Below, piece after piece: positions 20,477 through 29,563 of a stretch of DNA of 37,168 nucleotides. This stretch comes from Candidatus Moraniibacteriota bacterium (GTDB lineage Bacteria; Patescibacteriota; Minisyncoccia; Moranbacterales; DUUL01). Both the position numbers and the translations under genes were made by a program. The stretch lies in NCBI GenBank assembly GCA_046497225.1, contig JAWOGA010000009.1, positions 1 through 37,168 on the forward strand. Direction: 5' to 3'. The notes beneath the pieces were generated by a model that was not told the origin of the DNA, searched no databases, and saw only the letters and a list, made by a program, of their open reading frames with translations. How positions within the stretch are numbered: position 1 is the first letter of the stretch; the number at the start of each line of letters is the position of its first letter.

Positions 20477-20547
20477 TCGGGGATCGTCTAACGGTAGGAC
20501 AACGGGTTCTGGTCCCGTCAATTGGGGTTCGAGTCCCTATCCCCGAG
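20477..20547 (+). tRNA. tRNA-Gln (anticodon CUG)
   Basis: Hand-folded cloverleaf. Acceptor TCGGGGA/TCCCCGA. D arm GTCT-AACGGTA-GGAC. Anticodon arm ACGGG-TTCTGGT-CCCGT (CTG at positions 34-36). 4-nt variable loop. T arm TGGGG-TTCGAGT-CCCTA. It has the U1:A72 pair and G73 discriminator seen in bacterial tRNA-Gln. CCA is not encoded. Confidence 0.85.
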
Positions 20548-20562
20548 CAGTTAATATATTTT

Positions 20563-21879
20563 ATGCTTCATCTAAAAGGAAAATTAGCCGGTATAGGAAG
20601 AGCTAAATGGTCTTCCGAGACTGGGTTCGTGCTGGCTACCGCTGCTGCGGCTATAGGGCTGGGCAATATTTGGAGGTTTCCTTATATAGCCGGTGAAAAT
20701 GGAGGCGGTTCTTTTGTAATTGCTTACATTTTAGCTGTTTTGATTTTGGGAATTCCTCTTATGGTATTGGAGATGATTGCCGGCAGTATAGAGCATGGAA
20801 GTCCTGTGAGAACGTTTCGAGCGCTTAATAATAAAGCGGCCGGCTTTGGGTGGTTTGTTGTTGTTTTGACTATTATTATAATGAGTTACTATCTGGCTAT
20901 AACGGGCTGGACTCTGGGGTTTGCAGTAGAAAGTTATACCGGAAACATAACTTCTTTTGCCGAATTTACGGATAAATATACTTCTCTCTTGTATTTTGCG
21001 GTAGTGGTGGGAATGGCTTCCGCGGTGGTAGCCAAGGGTGTGAAAGCAATTGAATTGCTTTCTAAAATATTAATGCCCTTTTTGATTTTAATTGTAATTT
21101 TTTTAGCCGGGTATAGTCTTAGTTTAGAGAAAGCCGGAGAGGCGCTAACTTTTTTGTTTAAACCGGAATGGTCAGGGTTTTTTAATATAAAGATGTGGCT
21201 TTTAGCTTTTGGGCAGGCTTTTTATTCTTTGGCCGTAGGGCAAGGGTATTTGATAACTTATGGCAGTTTTTTGCCCAAGGGGGTTAATTTGCCTAGAGCG
21301 GCGGGCATCGTTGCTTCCGCTGAGACTATGATAGCCTTGCTGGCAGGTATAATTATTTTTCCGGTAATTTTTTCTTTTGGAATGAATCCGGAGCAGGGGA
21401 CTCAACTGGCTTTTACTACTTTACCCGTTATTTTTAACTCCATACCGTTCGGAGGATATTTGGCGATAATTTTTTTCACTTTATTTTTCCTGGCCGCTAT
21501 CAGCTCTTGCATAGCCGGAATGGAGGTTGTTAAAACCGCCTTTAGGGAAGAATTCGGTTTTTCTCATAGAAAGGGCACTTTTTACGCTTTTGTTCCGGTT
21601 GTTCCTTTGGGATTTTTATCCGCTTTAAGTTTTACACCGCTGGGTTTTTCCTTTTTGGGTAGGCCTTTTTTGGAAATTTTGGATTTATTCGCCGCTAACC
21701 AAGTAATTGTGATTTCCGGTATTGCCGGGGGCGCATTAATCAGTTGGTCTTTTAATAAGAAAGATTTAATTGAAAGTATTGGTACTAAATGGAAAAAGAC
21801 AGCGGGAATATCCATTAGTTTGGTTAGGGCTTTGCCGGTTTTAGCGATTTTGGTGTTATTTTTGTCTTGGGTTGTTTAA
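20563..21879 (+). CDS. sodium-dependent transporter, neurotransmitter:sodium symporter (SNF) family
   Basis: WSSETGFVLATAAAAIGLGNIWRFPY signature and about 11-12 hydrophobic helices. Start moved to the ATG at 20563 because the track start (TTG 20470) reads through the tRNA gene. Confidence 0.88.
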   Translation: MLHLKGKLAGIGRAKWSSETGFVLATAAAAIGLGNIWRFPYIAGENGGGSFVIAYILAVLILGIPLMVLEMIAGSIEHGSPVRTFRALNNKAAGFGWFVVVLTIIIMSYYLAITGWTLGFAVESYTGNITSFAEFTDKYTSLLYFAVVVGMASAVVAKGVKAIELLSKILMPFLILIVIFLAGYSLSLEKAGEALTFLFKPEWSGFFNIKMWLLAFGQAFYSLAVGQGYLITYGSFLPKGVNLPRAAGIVASAETMIALLAGIIIFPVIFSFGMNPEQGTQLAFTTLPVIFNSIPFGGYLAIIFFTLFFLAAISSCIAGMEVVKTAFREEFGFSHRKGTFYAFVPVVPLGFLSALSFTPLGFSFLGRPFLEILDLFAANQVIVISGIAGGALISWSFNKKDLIESIGTKWKKTAGISISLVRALPVLAILVLFLSWVV

Positions 21880-21892
21880 TTTAATTTTTACT

Positions 21893-22198
21893 ATGACTTT
21901 TAGTAGACAGGTTTATCTTTTGTTGAAAAAAGTTCCTGCAGGAAAAGTGGTTTCTTATGGTCAAATTGCCGATGCTTGCGGTAGGCCCGGCGCTGCAAGA
22001 GCTGTTGGGAATGTTTTGAACCGCAACCCTCAACCCGGAGTATTTCCTTGTCATAGGGTTATTAGAGCCAATGGGCATATTGGGGGATTTATGCTGGGAA
22101 TTGATAAAAAATCCGAAATACTTAGAAAAGAAGGAGTGAAGGTTTCTAAAAAAGGATTTATTGACTTTGAAGAGTTTGGTTTTGATTTTGAAATATAA
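21893..22198 (+). CDS. MGMT-family protein (O6-alkylguanine-DNA alkyltransferase DNA-binding/active-site domain only, about 101 aa)
   Basis: VPAGKVVSYGQIA helix-turn-helix, NRNP, and the active-site motif PCHRVI with the cysteine present. Start taken at the ATG at 21893. Confidence 0.85.
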   Translation: MTFSRQVYLLLKKVPAGKVVSYGQIADACGRPGAARAVGNVLNRNPQPGVFPCHRVIRANGHIGGFMLGIDKKSEILRKEGVKVSKKGFIDFEEFGFDFEI

Positions 22199-22267
22199 AT
22201 TAAATTAAAGAGGTATTAAATTTTGCCTAGAATTATTTTTTGGTGTTTTTAATCTTTAAGTTTTTTT

Positions 22268-22585
22268 ATGGATGTTTTTAGCGCAACCATACCTTTGGCA
22301 AACGCTCAAATGTTTAATGATGGAATGATGCAGGGAAGCGGATTTGGATTTTTTGGAGCCTTGCTAGGTTTTATGTTTACTGTTATTTTTTGGATCCTCT
22401 TAATTGTCGGAATTTTTTACTTGGTTAAGTACTTAACGTCGCGAGACAAGGAAAACGGCGTTGCAGGCTCTGAAGAAAAAGAGAATTCTAGTCAAAAAGC
22501 TATAGATATATTAAAAGAACGTTATGCCAGAGGAGAAATTGATAAAGAAGAATTTGACCAAAAAAAGAAAGATTTGCGAGATTAA
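22268..22585 (+). CDS. SHOCT-domain membrane protein
   Basis: Central TM (FTVIFWILLIVGIFYLV) and a C-terminal SHOCT-like motif (LKERYARGEIDKEEFDQKKKDL). Confidence 0.75.
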   Translation: MDVFSATIPLANAQMFNDGMMQGSGFGFFGALLGFMFTVIFWILLIVGIFYLVKYLTSRDKENGVAGSEEKENSSQKAIDILKERYARGEIDKEEFDQKKKDLRD

Positions 22586-22860
22586 ATTTTTTAGTTGATT
22601 TTTTGGAAAATAAATAAAAATTATTAGTTTTGAGAAACTGATTTAAATCAGAGTTGTTTTGGGTTTCCATTGCGTTGAGGTGGTTAATTTTTGTTGCAAT
22701 TTTTAGGGTGCTTACTGATATCTTGGATAGCAAGACAAAGATTCAAGAATTTAATGCTCCTTTTTAAACCCTTTTAAAATATTTAAAAATATATTAAAAT
22801 GAAAAAGTATTCAGAGAAAGGTTTTTTGAATTTTGACTTAATTTTGATGAAAATAAAAAT

Positions 22861-23544
22861 ATGATCAAATGTAAAAGTGTTTCTAAGGTTTATCCGGGTA
22901 ATGCCCCCGCCTTGGAAAATATTAATTTTCATGTTGAAGATGGAGAATTTGTTTCCATTGTAGGACAGTCCGGAGCGGGCAAGTCGACGCTAATAAGGCT
23001 TTTGCATGCCGAAGAAAAGCCCACTTCAGGGGATATTGTTTTTAATAAAGAAAGTATTGTAAATCTTAAGAAAAGACATCTTCCTAGACACAGAAGGGAT
23101 ATTGGAGTAGTTTTCCAAGATTTCAAGTTACTTCCCAAGAAAAACTTATTTGAAAATATTTCTTTTGCCATGGAAGTTGCCGGGAAGCCCAACGAGGAAA
23201 TAGAAGAAGATGTTCCTCAGGTTTTGGAGATTGTCGGTTTGGAAAAACAAATGCGCAAGTATCCGCACGAGGTTTCCGGAGGAGAGCAGCAGCGCGCTGC
23301 CATTGCAAGAGCTTTGGTTAACAGACCAAAGGTTTTAGTGGCTGATGAACCTACGGGGAACCTGGATCCGGAGGCCAGTTGGGAAATCGTTCAGGCTTTA
23401 TTGAAAATTAACAAATATGGGACTACGGTTCTCTTGGCAACTCACAATAAAGATATAGTAGATAAAATTTGTAAGAGAGTTATTGTTTTAAAAGAGGGGA
23501 GAATGTTTAAAGATGAGAAAAAAGGAAAATATTGCTTGAATTGA
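22861..23544 (+). CDS. ftsE: cell-division ABC transporter ATP-binding protein FtsE
   Basis: Walker A GQSGAGKST, signature VSGGEQQR, Walker B LVADEPTGNLD. Followed by ftsX. Confidence 0.92.
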   Translation: MIKCKSVSKVYPGNAPALENINFHVEDGEFVSIVGQSGAGKSTLIRLLHAEEKPTSGDIVFNKESIVNLKKRHLPRHRRDIGVVFQDFKLLPKKNLFENISFAMEVAGKPNEEIEEDVPQVLEIVGLEKQMRKYPHEVSGGEQQRAAIARALVNRPKVLVADEPTGNLDPEASWEIVQALLKINKYGTTVLLATHNKDIVDKICKRVIVLKEGRMFKDEKKGKYCLN

Positions 23545-23630
23545 TTTGGAGCGCTGATGTATACAGTATTTTAGTTTAGAATAATTTTTATAAACAATAG
23601 TGTTAAGCTATAAATAATTAATACAAAAAC

Positions 23631-24572
23631 ATGTTTTTAAAGCTTTTTCGGACATTTAAGACGGGATTTCAAAATTTTTATCGCAATGGCGTTTTGTCTG
23701 TGTTAACTATAAGCGTTATTGTTATTGCTATTTTTATTATTAACATTCAAGCTAGTGTTACCTATTCGGAAAATTTATTGCTGGAAGACATAGAAAACAG
23801 AGTTAGCGTCTCAGTTTATTTTGATCAGGGAGCTTCAGAATCCAAAATAAAAGCCATAAAAGACGAATTTAGCGGATATGAAGAAGTTGAATCTATAGAA
23901 TATATTTCCCAGGAAGATGCGATGGCAGAGTTTAAGAAGGAAAATCAAGATAGTGAAATACTTCAAAAATCGATAGAGGAACTTGATGAAAATCCTTTTG
24001 AAGCTTCTTTGAATGTTAAGGCTAAAGACTCATCTGACTATCAATTAATTGTTAATTCAATTAGAAATAGTCAATACAGTGATATCATTTCCAGTGTTAA
24101 TTATGATAAGTATGATTCAATAATAGATAACTTAAGCGGTCAAATTGAATCTAATCGTAAAATAGGTTTTATTTTAGGAGGAACTTTGTCTTTGGTGGCA
24201 ATCTTAATTACCTTTAACAGCATTAGAATAACAATGTTTGCTTACGGCAAAGAAATTGAGATTATGAAGTTAGTTGGCGCTTCTAATAATTATGTGAGAA
24301 TGCCTTTTGTTTGGGAGGGAATTTTTTATGGAATTATCTCTTCAGTGTTTGCTCTTCCTTTATCTTATGGCTACTTGAAGTCTGTAGCGGCGAATGAGAC
24401 GGCCGGAGCTATCATGCCTTTTTCCAGCGGGATCTACCTGGATGAGTTTTTGAATGGTTTTTTTGTGGAAAACTTGTGGTGGATAATTTTGGCGGAAATT
24501 GGAGCCGGAATATTGCTGGGAATGACAAGTTCTTTAATTGCAATAAGAAGATATCTTAAAGAAAGAGGTTGA
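23631..24572 (+). CDS. ftsX: cell-division permease-like protein FtsX
   Basis: N-terminal TM, a periplasmic domain of about 140 aa, and three C-terminal TMs with a LVGASNNYVRMPF motif. Position after ftsE supports the call. Confidence 0.85.
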   Translation: MFLKLFRTFKTGFQNFYRNGVLSVLTISVIVIAIFIINIQASVTYSENLLLEDIENRVSVSVYFDQGASESKIKAIKDEFSGYEEVESIEYISQEDAMAEFKKENQDSEILQKSIEELDENPFEASLNVKAKDSSDYQLIVNSIRNSQYSDIISSVNYDKYDSIIDNLSGQIESNRKIGFILGGTLSLVAILITFNSIRITMFAYGKEIEIMKLVGASNNYVRMPFVWEGIFYGIISSVFALPLSYGYLKSVAANETAGAIMPFSSGIYLDEFLNGFFVENLWWIILAEIGAGILLGMTSSLIAIRRYLKERG

Positions 24573-24646
24573 TTATTGTTTTGAAATGATTTAAAATCAT
24601 TAATAATTCGTTTTAAAGAACGATTTAAAAAATAACTTATTTTAAA

Positions 24647-24967
24647 ATGGGAATATTTAATTTTAGAAAGAAGAAAGAAGAAAAAACTCCGGAGGAAAAA
24701 GGGGGAGACAAGCAAATGGATCAGTTTGATGCTATGATGGACCAGATCGATACATCTAAACTCTCCAGGAAGGAACGTTGGGCATTAAAGGCGTTCAAAA
24801 AATTGCCAAAATCAAAAAGAGAAGATGCTATCAGGCAAGCTATGAATCCTCAAAATTTATATAAAGAGAAAGACAAGGTCATTAAACAGTTGGATGAAAT
24901 GGTCAAAAGCGGTCAAATGACAAAAGAGGAGGCAGAGCAAATGAAAAGGCAGTTTGGATTGAAATAG
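24647..24967 (+). CDS. hypothetical small Lys/Glu-rich protein
   Basis: 106-aa ORF with no recognisable motif. Followed by a weak hairpin plus T-run at about 25081-25110. Confidence 0.4.
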   Translation: MGIFNFRKKKEEKTPEEKGGDKQMDQFDAMMDQIDTSKLSRKERWALKAFKKLPKSKREDAIRQAMNPQNLYKEKDKVIKQLDEMVKSGQMTKEEAEQMKRQFGLK

Positions 24968-25143
24968 TTGAATTAAAAATTATGCATTTGACATTTTTTA
25001 TTATCGCAACTTGCATTATTTTTGTTTGAATTTTTTGGAGTTGCTTGTGTTCAAATATAAATAACAACAAAACAAAATTTGCCGGTTTCCCAATCGGCTT
25101 TTTGTTTTTATTTTTTATCTTAGTAAAGAGTAATTTTAATGAA

Positions 25144-26157
25144 ATGACTAAAGTTTTAGTTCTATTTTCTGGCGGATTGGATTCGCTGTTGGCTGTAAAG
25201 ATTTTGCAAAAACAGGGTTTGAAAGTGGAAGGAATTTGTTTTACAAGCAATTTTTTTGATTGCAAAAAAGCCCGGACAATAGCCGAAAGACATGGTATCA
25301 AAATTCATATACGAGATATAGGCAATGAAATGATTAATTTGGTTAAGAGTCCTTCCGAGGGTTTCGGTAAAAACTTGAATCCTTGTGTCGATTGTCATGC
25401 CTTGATGATTAAAATAGCAGGTAGTTTCGCAAAAAAGAAAGGTTTTGAAATTTTGGCTACAGGCGAGGTTCTGGGGCAGAGGCCTTTTTCGCAAAACAGA
25501 AAAGCCCTAGAAAAAGTTGCTGATAAATCAGGCTTTGAGGTATTAAGACCCCTGTCAGCTAAATTATTGAAGCAAACTTTGTTTGAAAAAAGAGGTTTAG
25601 TGAATAGAAATAAACTTTTGGATATTCAGGGAAGAAGTCGGGAAGCGCAAACTAAACTAATTGAAGAATGGGGCATTAGTGATTATGAGTCTCCTGCGGG
25701 AGGATGTCTCTTGACCGACCCGGGTTTTTCTTCAAGGCTGGAGCAAATGAAAGAGAAAATACCCGATTTTGACTATAAGGATGTGGAATTATTGAAATGG
25801 GGAAGAATTTTTTGGTTTTCAATAAAGGGAAGTCCGGTATTATTGGTTGTCGGAAGAAATGAAGAAGAAAATAATAAATTGGAACAACTTGCTGGCAGAG
25901 AAGATATTATTATAAAAACGCAATCGGTAACCGGGCCGATTGGTTTGTTGAGATCTTGGAATGTTTCAACTAATGAAATGGCTGCGCGTGAAGAAAGCGC
26001 AACTTTAAAAATTCCGGAAAAATTAAATCCTAAAGGTGAGGCCGAAAAAGAAAATAAGACATTAAAAGAAATTATAAAGAAAACAATGCTTTTGGTTGGC
26101 TGGTTTTCGGTGAAAGGAAGGGGCGAGGAAATTAAATTTTTGTTTTATGCTTCTTGA
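25144..26157 (+). CDS. PP-loop (adenine-nucleotide alpha-hydrolase) ATPase, tRNA-thiolation type (ThiI/MnmA-like)
   Basis: PP-loop SGGLDS at the N-terminus (MTKVLVLFSGGLDSLLA), NPCVDCH, and ATGEVLGQRPFSQ. Start moved to the ATG at 25144, since the track start adds an implausible 33-aa extension. Confidence 0.7.
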   Translation: MTKVLVLFSGGLDSLLAVKILQKQGLKVEGICFTSNFFDCKKARTIAERHGIKIHIRDIGNEMINLVKSPSEGFGKNLNPCVDCHALMIKIAGSFAKKKGFEILATGEVLGQRPFSQNRKALEKVADKSGFEVLRPLSAKLLKQTLFEKRGLVNRNKLLDIQGRSREAQTKLIEEWGISDYESPAGGCLLTDPGFSSRLEQMKEKIPDFDYKDVELLKWGRIFWFSIKGSPVLLVVGRNEEENNKLEQLAGREDIIIKTQSVTGPIGLLRSWNVSTNEMAAREESATLKIPEKLNPKGEAEKENKTLKEIIKKTMLLVGWFSVKGRGEEIKFLFYAS

Positions 26158-26247
26158 AACAAAAAACTTCTTTGAGAAAAAACAAATTTCAAAAAAATGT
26201 TTATGGTTCTGCCAGAAATCAGAATATTCAAAAAGAATTTTCGTTTA

Positions 26248-27060
26248 TTATTGGGAATCTTTTAATTTTTGAAGACTATCGGGAAAATAAGAGGCGGTTA
26301 GGATGTTCATATCAAATAACCTAACGGCCGCTTTGAAGCTTCTTTCAGGATCTTCGTCGATAATAACAATATTGCTTATAGGTAAATCCTTTTTTCTTTT
26401 TTCCAGCTCTTCCAGCGGAATGTTAATAGAGTTTTTGATGTGATTAATTTTGAAATCTTCTTTTTTTCTAACATCCAGGAGTGTTATTTTTTCTCCTTTA
26501 TTAATTTTTTCCAATATTTCTTGTTTGCTTATTTCTTCCGCTTTAGCCGTGTCAATAGCAGAGGAAGGATCTCCGGAGGAAACAGTGGAGTATCCTTTTT
26601 GGAGGTAGTTCCTTAGACCGCCTTCCAAGCATCTGGCTTCAAAATCTTTCTGCATCATCCTCCTTGCAATTTCAATTCCTTTTTTAGTGGGAGTGCTTTC
26701 TATAACTATTACAATTTTATTTTTATCCAAATCCGGAATTTTTTCAGTTATTTTTTCATAAGGATAATTTGAGGAAGATTCTATGTGAAAGTTCTCATAA
26801 TCCTCATGAGGCCTGATGTCCAAGAGCGTATATTTTGGATTTCTAATAGCTTTTGCGGCCTCCGAAGGAGAGACCAGTAAAACTTCCGGCTTCTGATCGG
26901 AAATTTCTTGGTTTTTACTATTGGTTTCAAGATTGTCTTGACCTTCTTTTTCTTGGTTGCTAGCAGAATTTTTTAGAAAATATATAAAAACTACCGTTAA
27001 TAGCAAGAATACCAATATGAAAAAGACTATTGGCTGTTTCTTTTGGTTGATTTGTTTCAT
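26248..27060 (-). CDS. membrane-anchored protein with two rhodanese-homology domains (both lack the catalytic Cys)
   Basis: N-terminal TM. Two LLD(I/V)R..ED(Y/F)...HI..S.N(I/Y)P modules. The active-loop positions read VIESTPTKKG and IIDEDPERS, with no cysteine. Confidence 0.65.
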   Translation of the reverse strand: MKQINQKKQPIVFFILVFLLLTVVFIYFLKNSASNQEKEGQDNLETNSKNQEISDQKPEVLLVSPSEAAKAIRNPKYTLLDIRPHEDYENFHIESSSNYPYEKITEKIPDLDKNKIVIVIESTPTKKGIEIARRMMQKDFEARCLEGGLRNYLQKGYSTVSSGDPSSAIDTAKAEEISKQEILEKINKGEKITLLDVRKKEDFKINHIKNSINIPLEELEKRKKDLPISNIVIIDEDPERSFKAAVRLFDMNILTASYFPDSLQKLKDSQ

Positions 27061-27199
27061 CTTGGAATATTTTTAGTAGTTGATTGGATTCACAAATAAA
27101 CAATAGTTTTTAAATAAAAACCTTTTTTAGATGTTTGAGAAAATGAAAATTATTCTTCTAAAGAATTCAATACGAAGAGAATTTTTTCAGGTGTATTTT

Positions 27200-27925
27200 T
27201 TATTGGCAGCTCTCTAAGCATTTTTCTTTCGCCGCTCCGGAGAGGCTTTCGCATAAACTGCATGGATCTTGTTGTACCTCTTCCGGATTGCTGTTTTGTA
27301 TTCCGCTTTCCAGTTGCTTCATTTGCTGTGAGTAATCAATAAAATTAATTTCATCAGGCAATTGGAATTTGGATTCATTAACATCCCATTCTGAACAATT
27401 GAAATTAAAATCTTTACTTATGTCCATTGTTTTATTTTCGTTTGTTTGGCCTTCATTGTCTTCTTGGGATGTTTCTTTCGCTTGAGATTTTTTCATTTTT
27501 AATCCTGTTTCTGATTGAGAATTCCAGGAATAAATCCAATCTTGATCACCTATCGCGTAAACTTGCATTTTTGAAGGCTGGGTTAAGTTAATATCTTGAC
27601 GATATTTATTTCCCGAGATGTATATTACTCCGTCTCCGGACTGTTCGCTTTCTTCGCTAAAACTCCATTGGCATTTCAAATTTTTTTCTTTGGAGAGTAA
27701 GTCAAGAACAGAACCTTTGAAGTTATCTTCAATGGCTTGACCTTCCTTCTCTGTGTTTTCTCCGGCTTTTTTTTCTAAGCTTTTTTCGGAAGAATCATTT
27801 TCCATTGATTTTTGTTGGGATTGATTGTTTCCCGGAGCCGCATCTTTTTGATCTTCCTCTCCGCATCCGGAAAGAAGAACGGCTGCCGCAAAAACAACTG
27901 TAATCCCCAATATTTTTCTCTTCAT
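27200..27925 (-). CDS. hypothetical lipoprotein
   Basis: Signal peptide plus lipobox (VLLSGC). Acidic, low-complexity linker. Cys-rich C-terminus (CSLCESLSGAAKEKCLESCQ). Confidence 0.6.
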   Translation of the reverse strand: MKRKILGITVVFAAAVLLSGCGEEDQKDAAPGNNQSQQKSMENDSSEKSLEKKAGENTEKEGQAIEDNFKGSVLDLLSKEKNLKCQWSFSEESEQSGDGVIYISGNKYRQDINLTQPSKMQVYAIGDQDWIYSWNSQSETGLKMKKSQAKETSQEDNEGQTNENKTMDISKDFNFNCSEWDVNESKFQLPDEINFIDYSQQMKQLESGIQNSNPEEVQQDPCSLCESLSGAAKEKCLESCQ

Positions 27926-28065
27926 ATTTCTTCTTTAATTTTTAATTACCTTTGGAGTTTATGAATTTCAATGAATGAAAATCCAATACTCCTATTTTAA
28001 AAATGGTTAGCTAAAATTAAATTTATTTATTATTTGGGGTAATTCAACTAAGTGGTTGCCATTTC

Positions 28066-29025
28066 TTATTTAAGTTGGCTGCCTATGAAATCTTGATGTC
28101 CGTTTATAAAGTCTGCAATAGAGGCTGATTTTTTGCCCTCTAATTGAATCTCTAATGGAAGAATAGCACCTTTGCCTGTTTGAATGCAAATATTTCCTGA
28201 GCTGTTTTGGAAAACCTTCCCCGGGGGGTGTTGCGAGTCTTCTTTACTGTAACTTACCTCCCATAAAGATATTTTTTTAAGAAATCCCTCTTTTTCCCAA
28301 AAGCAATAAATTCCGGGCCATCCGTAGAAAGCTCGAAATTTATTATAAATCTCCTCAGTCGAGGAAGACCAGAAAATTTGTCCGTCTTTTTTGCTGATTA
28401 ACCTGGTTAAAGTGGCTTGTCGGTGATCTTGATCTTTAGCTTTTATTTCTTTGTTTAGATATTCTTCCAATTTTTTTGTTAAAAAGGCATTAGTTAAATC
28501 AATTAGCTTTTTTTCCAATGTCGGGTAAATATCATCTTTTTCTATTTTTAATTTTTTTTGAAAAAAAACCGGTCCGGCATCTACTTCTTTGTTCATTTCC
28601 ATAAAAGAAACCCCGGTTTCCTTATGGTCTTGCAGTAATGCCGTTTGGATGGGGGACGGTCCTCTTAATTGGGGAAGGAGAGAGGGGTGGATATTTATGC
28701 ATCCGTATTTAGGCATTTTTATTATTTCTTCCGGAATAATTAAGCCGTAAGAGGCTACAATAATTAAGTCAGGTTGAATTTCTTGAAATTCTTGAAATTC
28801 CTCTGCTCCGATAGTTTCAAATTCCTTGACTTGGATATTTTTTTCTACTGCTAAGTTTTTAACATCGGTAGGCTTGAGAAATTTTTTTCTTCCGGTCGGT
28901 CTGTCCGGCTGCGTGACTACCGTTTGCGCTTTGATATTCTCATTTAAAAGATTTCTTAAGATTTCTTTGGCAAAAAAAGAAGTTCCAAAAAAAACTATTT
29001 TAGCGCTATCAAGTGTTTTTTTCAT
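28066..29025 (-). CDS. fmt: methionyl-tRNA formyltransferase
   Basis: IVFFGTSFFA, VVTQPDRPTGRKK, INIHPSLLPQLRGPSPIQ. Downstream of def. Confidence 0.92.
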   Translation of the reverse strand: MKKTLDSAKIVFFGTSFFAKEILRNLLNENIKAQTVVTQPDRPTGRKKFLKPTDVKNLAVEKNIQVKEFETIGAEEFQEFQEIQPDLIIVASYGLIIPEEIIKMPKYGCINIHPSLLPQLRGPSPIQTALLQDHKETGVSFMEMNKEVDAGPVFFQKKLKIEKDDIYPTLEKKLIDLTNAFLTKKLEEYLNKEIKAKDQDHRQATLTRLISKKDGQIFWSSSTEEIYNKFRAFYGWPGIYCFWEKEGFLKKISLWEVSYSKEDSQHPPGKVFQNSSGNICIQTGKGAILPLEIQLEGKKSASIADFINGHQDFIGSQLK

Positions 29026-29097
29026 AAGGCAGTTTTTAATAATTTTATCAAAGTTGTTTTTATTGCCGGCTGATTTTTGGTGATTAAAGAGAAACGC

Positions 29098-29559
29098 TTA
29101 GTCAAGTTTTTGAGGACTTTCTCCTTCTTCAACTTTATCTACTATCAAAACGCCGTTTAAATGGTCTACTTCATGTTGGATTGCTCTTGCTAACAATCCT
29201 TTGGCTCTTATGATTTGTTTTTTCCCGTTGACATCAGTGGCTTTTACTTTAATTCTCTTAGCTCTTTCTATTTGCATAAACTTCCCGGGAAAAGAAAGGC
29301 AGCCTTCTTCCATTGAAACTGCTTCCTTGGAAAGACTTTTTATTTCCGGATTCATTAATACAAATAATTCGTTTTCAATCTCTATTAAGCATAATTTTAA
29401 ATTTTTGCCCACCTGCGGAGCGGCTAAGCCTAGTCCGTTGTTTGACCTCAGGGTTTGCGTCATGTCCAGAATGAGTTGTTTTATTTCAGGAGCTGTTGGG
29501 TCTTTAATTTCTTGATTTTTTTCTCTAAGAATAGAATCGGGATATTTGACTATGTTCAT
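29098..29559 (-). CDS. def: peptide deformylase
   Basis: The three Def motifs: GLAAPQVG, EGCLSFPG, HEVDHLNG. I prefer the ATG at 29559 (MNIVKYPDSILR). The track start at 29604 would overlap the priA 3' end by 41 nt but cannot be excluded. Confidence 0.9.
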   Translation of the reverse strand: MNIVKYPDSILREKNQEIKDPTAPEIKQLILDMTQTLRSNNGLGLAAPQVGKNLKLCLIEIENELFVLMNPEIKSLSKEAVSMEEGCLSFPGKFMQIERAKRIKVKATDVNGKKQIIRAKGLLARAIQHEVDHLNGVLIVDKVEEGESPQKLD

Positions 29560-29563
29560 GTGA

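Noticed and set aside
20470-20562. N-terminal extension of the SNF transporter ORF (TTG start at 20470)
   Set aside because: The extension is the translation of the tRNA-Gln gene. The conserved transporter N-terminus begins shortly after the ATG at 20563. I trimmed similar implausible N-terminal extensions at 9858-9911, 21872-21892, 25045-25143 and 33114-33248.
22799-22864. 21-codon upstream ORF whose TGA overlaps the ftsE ATG (ATGA)
   Set aside because: It is a very short AT-rich frame with nothing to separate it from chance. It is worth a look only if ribosome profiling exists.
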